From positions 1 to 63,281 of the IMG/VR virus record IMGVR_UViG_3300011921_000006: a DNA stretch of 63,281 nucleotides. One strand, 5' to 3'. The notes beneath the pieces were generated by a model. The model was not told the origin of the DNA and ran no database searches. It saw only the letters and a program-made list of their open reading frames with translations. This DNA is from a virus (taxonomy: Duplodnaviria; Caudoviricetes). Position 1 is the stretch's first letter; every line of letters begins with the position of its first letter. The translations under genes were made by a program, and so were the position numbers. Below are positions 58,901 to 63,281 of the stretch, piece by piece.

Positions 58901-60404
58901 ACTTAGAACCAATTGTCCTAGCAACCGGATCAAATAAGTTAGTTAAACCAAACGCAACGTCAGGAATGACTTCGGACTGCAAACGTGTGTACTCATTTAA
59001 TAAATTCTTTCCCTCAATCGAGGCTGGATTTACTTTTGCTATGCGTCCAAATACACCAGCCTTGCCCAATTGCTTGCTAAGGCGGAACATCTGACCAGCG
59101 TCTTTATATAAACTTGGCGCACCAAGACCAAACATTCCGAGCGTCATAGCCATGCTCTGTGCTTGCATGTCTTCGCCTTGATTTATTTCTTGACGTAATT
59201 CGTACTCACCGGATGCAGACCCTTCACGTTGTGCTGCTTCCAATGGGTTTGCAACATCTTGCAGCAACTGATTGTTAGTACCTGCACCAACGGCTCCAAC
59301 TGCGGTAGGTAGCAACATGCCACCTGCGCGAGCAATATTTAATTGGAGGCTGTTTTGTATAACTGGCATCAACGTCTTAGCAACAGCGTTACCAACGACC
59401 TGCATACCGTAAAGGTTAGCCATGGCTAATGGTGCTTGCTGAGTTACGTTTAATGCTGTGATACGTGCTTTTTGACGTTCGAGATTTTCTGGGTCACCTG
59501 TTAAATCGGTGTACCATTGATTGATTCCTAATGCGTCATAGTTGCGTTGTTTTTCATCAGCTTGAGATTTGGCTTCTTCTTCTGATTTACCTAGTCCACC
59601 TGCAAACTGACTTACCTTATTTCCAATATTTCCACCGATAACGGCAGGAGATGCTAATGCTTGTGTCGTACCCGCAGCTGATCCAGAAAATGCCTCAAGA
59701 AAAGGGTCGATATCTTCTCCCTTTTCAGCTTTCTTCTGTAACGATTTCGTTAATTGCTCTTCCCAACCCGGTTGACCAGTAAGTCGCATGGCCATACCAG
59801 TAGGAGCTGTAGCTGCAGAGGCCATATTTCCATAAACAGTACCGGCAACAGACTTTACTCCAGCTAACCCTTCAGTTAGCCAATCAGGTGTTTGACTGCG
59901 TTTAAAAGATTCTTTACGTAGCTGGTAATCTAAATCAGATTTTCTTTCACCTCGTTGATAGGTAACTTCTTCAGGATCTAATCCAGCTTGACGACCAAGA
60001 ACTGTCTTAGGGCCTTTTGTTTTTCGGGCCTCCATCAACTTGTTGCTAAATTGGTTGACTAGATTATCTCTAGTCTTTTTATCAATAAAGCCTTGGCGGT
60101 ACCCGTCTTCAATTTGTTGTTGTGATTGATTGTTTAGGACAGATGTGTAATTAGGACTGCGTAACTTATTAACTATCGGATCTAATGTATTACGCTTAAA
60201 CTCAGAACTTTTGCGTTGCGCCTGTGCTATGGCGCGAGCATTTTGATTAGGGTCAAAAGCTACACCATATTTAAATGATCGCCCTCTAATGTTTTTCTTT
60301 AAATCATCCTCAATCTGCATCTTATTGAGCAATAACTGATGCATTTCAGACTCTGGATGCCAATTGCCGATATTGAAAAGATCTTCATTAGGTTTTGCTT
60401 GCAT
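46983..60404 (-). CDS. Giant internal virion/ejection protein with zincin HExxH motif
   Basis: 4473 aa uninterrupted; last of three ejection-type genes; TLVHEMFHPL. Confidence 0.8.
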   Translation of the reverse strand: MQAKPNEDLFNIGNWHPESEMHQLLLNKMQIEDDLKKNIRGRSFKYGVAFDPNQNARAIAQAQRKSSEFKRNTLDPIVNKLRSPNYTSVLNNQSQQQIEDGYRQGFIDKKTRDNLVNQFSNKLMEARKTKGPKTVLGRQAGLDPEEVTYQRGERKSDLDYQLRKESFKRSQTPDWLTEGLAGVKSVAGTVYGNMASAATAPTGMAMRLTGQPGWEEQLTKSLQKKAEKGEDIDPFLEAFSGSAAGTTQALASPAVIGGNIGNKVSQFAGGLGKSEEEAKSQADEKQRNYDALGINQWYTDLTGDPENLERQKARITALNVTQQAPLAMANLYGMQVVGNAVAKTLMPVIQNSLQLNIARAGGMLLPTAVGAVGAGTNNQLLQDVANPLEAAQREGSASGEYELRQEINQGEDMQAQSMAMTLGMFGLGAPSLYKDAGQMFRLSKQLGKAGVFGRIAKVNPASIEGKNLLNEYTRLQSEVIPDVAFGLTNLFDPVARTIGSKFNDKVQAPTAKEWATTALLTAVAVRPHKALQPMFANNLNRGTDIKSQARFAAMDAIDNASFHALGVNSRYETLRGGRGANNQDLQRVTSMVYEMAAQEFQQQDRSAPTIKSLDQIFFEILNGKSTNSSTADAAIRQMRVRGDNESLPFDSPLHQMPVNKNLFPIDPAFRKKAVTQLARQLEPAIAAEYDMMQRGAKFAGEEAALEQQPDKKFFAIKIGEQDGQPEYIVYNKRFSDATLHRGEAGLEDVRIIDPINQDKLSANARIERLTNVMRSLKAEFSPRSNMWIRGGVSKAIGAIRPDGTIVIKESKGTSGRTGERVTDVTYTYASFEEVQKDLSGIPGTQGLLNALNEVYTRTGMRRDVANKESVLDIGESENFPSRIQFTTTEQVNGRLVDTIGLQTPIGLYQLPDGGVALGRITETRNQKLAPLTESDIAQTPELQTRTVLSQAQSFVKNGKGYIDADVHNLGTRTRVEMPTEIQGVVREILESDAPDAVKAQEIMSVLIDEVSGNRLTGDKALRLDPETGRYVNDVELKAGDRVLFASDETNPNDVTEGVVVKADNGMATVKDITDPTGAAYTLSADRFILSDKNISRETLQSQFDQYASGSNKNLLRPVEMTISDEEAIARLLTATETVDRKQEIANASPEKIFDVLLDAIVNSRATVEGVQLGLIEWATRNTPEGVYDVMAQVMNEIMAPGKEVPIAKFRKATEIFSSRGFNQTLYGVHAIWASVAAINGTRFAATPRTISQKAGMLQIARRMNMLMMRAETMGDEDLFKAAVRSLDADIANLSKAKIIEFAQNLRGIAPHVFYYMQDLWHITKLSGSNHAAQATLGRAISAVQDAGIRSLVRGDSILPDSILDFWGSEAKFDKAIKDIRELITSTREVEVEGQTQKYKMSDVVYARLRNAGLEFMFHMANDTTRAMVRRGLRTNRLEAINFQNDAMSYMYDTFLPQVVVDQINNKISSGDFMRDAEGRTEQTNNISYAPELRAFHDQIISAIEENPNLSSEQKSDAIGKITSVVQELDMLLPSDVEALSEYDSDGPRDARLRKDIVVNGEVVAEDQPANLKALSAERHYDKSLSNLVKESGMTLSEAQQRKHIALFETFAKQANQLFGIDRSFTNLKSRIDNSPRLRDVRARIERLNRDNPDDVDAKRTLYAERDRLIAEEFNSIFKLTTTTLQMLRSMQPETQLIGESDAAIIRTEIFGADISGFKETTPLGEAIDDFLSKIVDLRRRIISTDDIQVVSNEFERDGSRAEAEGEATSASGETGTLPDEDVMFWASEVRKVDQQLANARRDGGNIDLLLEQRQALQKQLKEAQDATERSTTPLQTLYDRLDTAGVKLKAELQKLDPSSISIEDMLSLHQMYMSLARSNSAVTNEIASSLTTDSSVRNILATDEVRRLRSGMAEAEAFASASMTDVIELQLGSLSPEVFAEKYKISPEVAKSIASIDALNPSNKSEPVNVTDDDMMVVSVDSMDPSVRAFVSDVPQIAAEVISSPDSFGGMITIEKPEDQSIVAYTAQNLQGMRVLMRTMLARNFKYADVEAAVNSLEQNQTAIKKAISDSYADPTYMAEKLKKANGKFTNLLMDDDSATYVRKFTRMALRKLQTDVLPRANRTLKLAVEAAIYELETMPEVATFTGKTIEKYYDNLRQRLNDIIVISNPEEKAALIDSVMNMLNPETNNALVDTPLSAQIGSSYDLRVDSDPAFTARRLLSTLSTKGIQFKSGNDDASAYSAASNDPVVNHAQVRLAHLPLRMSDIPIDTAAQLVSLYNDVLNNQLPPIESATEREKPIIEAITRARDAYNDYAMGETGDSRRSAETKQQMERVAIQQLADNLANLYDIHANSFAVDHLEVKINSNSNEFKSDIAEAMRVLNISEQSINRLMEPTTLATRFLSDLDPAQKTYVMSYLTAKYKKQYYTSHNKIYLVNDEILETANAKATLFVDKRDVYGFTQTLQTNQKKALGSLLYIGSNGNSKYRSTLTLVHEMFHPLFTGMDDPTQVAFMDQLATKGGLAVDALNEALAPARKDNRMLRDAIPTKIDEIQKVLDKRNNAELALALQVRVAKESSTLPLNEALAPLKGLTFNGQDLSEGWISHGHEKFVTSMMNFISDYTVPISKNAAASVDMATLEVFQQMRSTLRYVMRQISNRRPLDIIKDVSGTPHAAWYSRVPIQKYEFSRVHNPKQFTLNALNPRTGFTRSIEFAQLRKDDYLRINIPNRPETRSAIMSPTQLITGLEDSLTLNTIGDFAGSRFRFGFKHDGQIGDSVGATWLPFENGELRTYLVQNPDMLSTIEVFPENGRNDTNVISSDSMPSRSFSGQVKEMVIKTRFRTFDEAITAGFDPVFFDKDNIWVRGEADEDGWFKPRVRVQSDNPRVLDYAVAGQHEYAYIVEAPVVARVGGPTRAQKNFPTQFRFLVGEGALRPDAQSQYDPILVGYTQEFDPKFSALVYDLTRKLGRVVYNTTGNVRWKKQVELQGKLLTGDAKSFTLRTQTPLGEALNTYFKSSEYKAIKASRTSMQPLVLDGAAQFEAVVSKMLLNEFSVDIDGEQVLTEEGERFIQSLNDEISNVLAPYIAEQMLFRHDAADTYQTTSFTIEPNSVEMDAMYTVFKSMLGDEGDMDVLRNKLADAYVALNTRGDVRVSPNIRIDRALGLAGIPDSVTLEDGSEYHVRDMMLQVLRNDRLSLSNSDLTSVYTSYDNLWNNVLLPFIETGKIDAPYELNSAKPTMAMYALDSLMNAAYGNSVESKRLFLQRLTSDTDVNNYGDIVYDVEERERYRLAVQAKNSAFSEFLAVAHTLDAQSRELGRALYAWKDWSLLDGQESFRGATGNTTSVIVQSPDGATFRVNLNNPRNFVESVARDVSTGAYIDASPFSQMFALYNPNRQVALRSTTNEPTPYALRDLNLSPEERNALNSSGSIDVVRPFGIDSRTHDEDGNQLTPNLRIFRVNKTGKSMDNRNTQFGDQYEKINVSELQHSYKSGYITGENQDVWVNNQRLLQQPVNDLLRRAFLSNPSLEQTAKDSVGNTVIVPREVHIAKLLVSRALIDDSGQVPNAWKRKNATDTLARQRLLEGDKEASIADAMENPRVEHNRTKTWMSDGVEERHYDNQEMTPEEVAYFKMPFDLSPEQAQDPALRDQYNQTASTRALEKALSVPQPQRVILKRESDPSITKVGVTAKDRDIYVSIPDADYDYVSRTMFSASGPTGSPTPHPSTIGVPTGGVASMPFLNNPFTKRGAVTALGIYHELTSGAKALILSGDFARVMLQNYRLTAMNPKNFAAQFWGLSAFLPNAWAPGSKIFGTPTTGTGKFLNFALGHRPDLAWGDMQYHAKMFNYLNKYGTKGNVIGYGIPGVHKRQINQTYGWNDLAEYGLKTTYGDWFRNYEAAKLIDPTINPFEMPIATTQAENIGEGVLARRIPFVNMWERAGALSTDILRVKSFLEFSAYVDQSYDYSYDYQRDQAKRDYAVFLNVVTGHPTGNNLMMSDNQNLFNQTLRTIYTSPNWFNSLMMQTYLPSMAKMYVAEGVNYVSRAATQKMDIFGVGFDVIDTAPEQKWFRSLRSKDVFKQHFLTFVNSFAQAGIIGSVLQLMGLYAERRQLHEINDGKYVDFLDWRKINAPVLNSEGVDLASKLRIDQQKWWDPTNPDYGIVRAANTLQWQMPAIFTLYKRLFLTPYIQATNEPNASTEQKAAKYASEVYKSNIEGRFGPPIQGIKQLASGRTYVEEAALQKAPGLKTWVETERKIERYRELADDAKKSGNTVLADKYNREIKKLAPAIYNPSYPLIKALTKLFPNGISRYALSMLTNLQVQTALKDMEELGYSQHVLPIQGENNPDLVQYQFPAFTRIFGQEGRMGDYYLNDLITKEDRAGMSGKQFEFLTRKYKYNYPNAAAVVKKFGLSALLYGIPESGGYGKESAWGSDKMRGIPDAAVLRESTINPDYLTKIKDRQPQPKFNVPSDFITGRMTD

Positions 60405-60424
60405 AAATAGTTATATCCTGATTT

Positions 60425-62299
60425 CTAATTGCCGCCATTTACAATTTTGTCCAAATCTTGTCGGTCTTGCTCAAGTGATCTTAAAAGCACAACGTCATCA
60501 TCAGTGTCTAATAACGGGTTGTTACCTTGGCCTTTTTTCTTCGCTTGAACTACTTCTCTTTGTCTTTTTATGCCAGCTCTAATCCCCTCATATCTCGCCT
60601 TGAGTATTGACGTTGATTTTGCTTCCTTGTATTTATTAATTGCCTTTAATGGGTCACTAGTGTCAGTAATAAGGTGTTTACGTTGCTCGCTAGTCATAAC
60701 TCTTGTAGTTGTGTCTACAATTGCTTTAGCCACCTCAATAGGTATCCGTTGTTTTGTTTTTGGTTGTGTAAACCCAATTTCCTCAAGTGTAGTTGGATTA
60801 CCTGATGCCAACGTTCCAACAAGTCTGTTATATTCATTGTTGTAATTTTGATCAACGTCTGCAAGTGTTCCAGTGAAATATCCTTGAGTAGCAGCACTAG
60901 CTGTTTTTTCGGCAGCTCCAATTGCTCCGGCTTTGCCAAGTTCAGCAATTGCTTTTTGGTTGAGACGATTTAATCTATTTTGCTCTGCTTCAAATGCCTT
61001 ATCCTTTTCATCCTTAATTGCTGCATAATTATCTTTAATCGCACCAGTTTGCTGAGCTGTCCAATCAGATACAACTTTAGGGTCAACAGAAATAAATGGC
61101 ATCATAGCAGCTTTTAATGCAGCTCCACCATCAGCGGGTGTTTGCGGATTTCCATCTGCATCTAACGGCCAGTTTGCTGGATCATCGCCTATGAGACCCC
61201 TTTGCACGTCTGCAACTGTGCGCCCCATTTTACGAGCAGTAGATTGAAATGCTTGACCAATCGGACCGTACATTCCCTGCACAACTTTTCCATAATCCAC
61301 TGATGGCAATGATGCATTTATATCTACAAGGCCTCTGTTATTTAACTGTGGGCGACTAAGATTTTGTGGGCCAACTAATGCTGAAAGGTTTCTTTCCTTA
61401 AACCCTTCCATCATAACTTTGTATTCATCTGGCGTTAATTCATGTTCTTTACCCGGTGCAATAGATAATCCTAATCCAGATAAATACGTAGATAGACCCG
61501 CGTCAATACCAACATTTCCATTAGGTAGTTGCACTGGTGCAGACGGTGGTATTGCACCAGTTTGTTGGCCACCAATTAAACCAGTAGGTTTTATTGGACC
61601 AAGATTACCTGCCTGTATACCTTGTGGACTAAATGACGACATTGGTAATGTAGTCTGTGATTGTGCCATACCTGTAGGTGCTGGTGCTCCGGGCACATTA
61701 AAGGTTTGCTGTACAGGTGCTCCGGGAACATTGAATCCACCCTGTTGCTGTTGTGCTTGTGCTTGTGGGCCTTCTTGACCGAACGTCATTAATCTTTCAA
61801 TCTGTTCTGGACTCAATCCAAATGTAGAAAGCGAGTCTTTATATTCATTTCTGCGTCGATTCACATCACGTCTAATCATATTGATTTCAGCAAGTATAGA
61901 CTGTTGTTTTGCAGGTGTTCTTTCTGAAGAGTACGCAGAAATAAGCTTTGGCAAACCAGCTTCCAATGCAGCTATTTGATCTGCTACAGGCTTACGCGAG
62001 GTAAGTGCTTTGTTATATGGGTCATTAGTTTGTTTTTGTGTATCTAAAGCAATCTTGTTTAACTCAAACTGTTGTTCGGCAGCACGTTTAGCTTGAGCTG
62101 CTGCATCTTTTTGCAATTGAAATGCATCACGCTGTTGTTGCTCTGTTCGGTTTTGCCTGTTTGTCTCATTTGCTTCTTTAGCAAATTGTAAGCCCATCTG
62201 TGCAGTTTGATCCTGATACTGACGTCGCTCCTGCTTTCCTTTGTCAAGCCCGGTCAAGAATCCTAATAAACCACTAACACCAGATTGATTAACTGTCAT
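60425..62299 (-). CDS. Internal virion/ejection protein
   Basis: 624 aa Q/A/G-rich with coiled coils; short FNVPGAP tandem duplication. Confidence 0.7.
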   Translation of the reverse strand: MTVNQSGVSGLLGFLTGLDKGKQERRQYQDQTAQMGLQFAKEANETNRQNRTEQQQRDAFQLQKDAAAQAKRAAEQQFELNKIALDTQKQTNDPYNKALTSRKPVADQIAALEAGLPKLISAYSSERTPAKQQSILAEINMIRRDVNRRRNEYKDSLSTFGLSPEQIERLMTFGQEGPQAQAQQQQGGFNVPGAPVQQTFNVPGAPAPTGMAQSQTTLPMSSFSPQGIQAGNLGPIKPTGLIGGQQTGAIPPSAPVQLPNGNVGIDAGLSTYLSGLGLSIAPGKEHELTPDEYKVMMEGFKERNLSALVGPQNLSRPQLNNRGLVDINASLPSVDYGKVVQGMYGPIGQAFQSTARKMGRTVADVQRGLIGDDPANWPLDADGNPQTPADGGAALKAAMMPFISVDPKVVSDWTAQQTGAIKDNYAAIKDEKDKAFEAEQNRLNRLNQKAIAELGKAGAIGAAEKTASAATQGYFTGTLADVDQNYNNEYNRLVGTLASGNPTTLEEIGFTQPKTKQRIPIEVAKAIVDTTTRVMTSEQRKHLITDTSDPLKAINKYKEAKSTSILKARYEGIRAGIKRQREVVQAKKKGQGNNPLLDTDDDVVLLRSLEQDRQDLDKIVNGGN

Positions 62300-62308
62300 A
62301 GTAACCTC

Positions 62309-63085
62309 TTAACCGTAATAACCACTAGGGAAGACAGGGTTGTTCAACCTGTTGACTTGAGCATCAACCAATCCTTGGCGTTGTCTAAAATCACGATCTG
62401 CTTGCTGACCAGATAGGTAGCTGCCACCAAGTTGACCAAACATTCCAGCAACTTGATCACGCTGATTTTGCAATGCTGCATCACGCTGCATCTCTGCCTG
62501 TGCTTCACCTTGATACTGATTGTAAAGAGTATTGCCAGCATTTTGCGCATTACCAAACGCTGTGTTTGCCTGACCTTGATATGTATTCATGCCTTGCCCA
62601 GCCATACCCAATGCCTGTTGTCTACGTTGATCAGCACCCATTGCATACTGAACTGCACCCTGTGACATAGCCATAGCAATAGGATTGTTGTAGAAATTGT
62701 CAGTCATCATGTTATTAGTCATGCCACCACCCATATTTAACGCATTACCTTGAGCGTTATATCTACCTTGGGCTTGAGCAGCATTACCAGTGATAGCACC
62801 CATCTGACTGCCAGCTTGTCGCAACATTGCATTTGTAGCATCTGGGTTATTTAAACGCTCCATCTCATTTTGCAAACCACGTGAGTATTGATTAGAAAAT
62901 GTATTAGCGCGTGATTGATTTTGTTGTCCTAATTGATTCTGCTGGTTTTGAAAATTCTGATTATACATACGCTGTTGAGACAGTTGTGATTGATACGGAT
63001 TTGATTGTTTTTTAAATAACCCGCCAGCGATCTGACCTAAAAATTGACTACCTAATCCAACTGCTATTTGTGGTGGTATAAACAT
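62309..63085 (-). CDS. Pilot/ejection protein
   Basis: 258 aa Q/N/G/M-rich, Gly-rich hydrophobic ends. Confidence 0.7.
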   Translation of the reverse strand: MFIPPQIAVGLGSQFLGQIAGGLFKKQSNPYQSQLSQQRMYNQNFQNQQNQLGQQNQSRANTFSNQYSRGLQNEMERLNNPDATNAMLRQAGSQMGAITGNAAQAQGRYNAQGNALNMGGGMTNNMMTDNFYNNPIAMAMSQGAVQYAMGADQRRQQALGMAGQGMNTYQGQANTAFGNAQNAGNTLYNQYQGEAQAEMQRDAALQNQRDQVAGMFGQLGGSYLSGQQADRDFRQRQGLVDAQVNRLNNPVFPSGYYG

Positions 63086-63095
63086 TCACTTACTC

Positions 63096-63281
63096 CTACT
63101 GTAATACGTACCAAATACCGTTTCCGGATGAATCGACCTGTGCCACTAGTGTGACTGTTTCATATTGTGCAACTGGCCAAGCTTTTGCTGCTGCTCTACC
63201 TAGTGTGTCACCGGATTGTATTGCAGCACTAACTTGATTGGAAGTGCTATCTGTTTTAATTATATGTATAAATTGCCCATT
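63096..63281 (-). CDS. C-terminal part of the small tail protein that starts at 245
   Basis: NGQFIHIIKTDSTSNQV...GIWYVLQ-stop, open to the window end. Confidence 0.7.
   Translation of the reverse strand, partial: NGQFIHIIKTDSTSNQVSAAIQSGDTLGRAAAKAWPVAQYETVTLVAQVDSSGNGIWYVLQ

Larger units (their letters stand above)
1..63281. mobile_element. Near-complete tailed dsDNA bacteriophage genome (podovirus-like), circularly permuted
   Basis: TerS/TerL/portal/scaffold/MCP/adaptor/nozzle/ejection-protein order, lysis and replication genes, no host housekeeping genes; both window ends lie in one apparent gene. Confidence 0.95.

Noticed and set aside
46983-60404. Virion RNA polymerase
   Set aside because: No DxDGD motif found (only DSDGP and DIDGE) and no convincing T7/N4-type motifs; remote homology is not excluded.
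1-63281. Stop-codon reassignment
   Set aside because: Genes are full length in the standard code, all three stops are used, and both tRNAs have sense anticodons.

Overview
The window is an essentially complete, circularly permuted ~63.3 kb genome of a tailed dsDNA phage with podovirus-like architecture; the first and last bases fall inside what looks like one gene. The minus-strand arm carries nucleotide-metabolism genes (dUTPase, ThyX, metallophosphoesterase), SSB, an HNH protein, tRNA-Asn(GTT) and tRNA-Leu(TAA). It continues with small basic proteins, a 1753-aa unknown, terminase, portal, scaffold, major capsid, cement, two adaptor paralogues, holin-like genes, tail-fibre modules, a nozzle, three ejection-type proteins (258, 624, 4473 aa) and a CHAP endolysin. 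The plus-strand arm (29.6-46.2 kb) holds about 30 small early genes, then a lambdoid-style recombination/replication module. No integrase, DNA polymerase or RNA polymerase was recognised. Main leads: (1) a compact H-type RNA pseudoknot repeated four times between early genes, with compensatory changes in both stems and a near-fixed distance from the upstream stop codon; (2) a scaffold C-terminal motif shared with two unknown late proteins, possibly a capsid-loading signal; (3) several switch-like structured RNAs and a G-quadruplex tract at the divergence point. Family names come from motif recognition by eye and need HMM confirmation.
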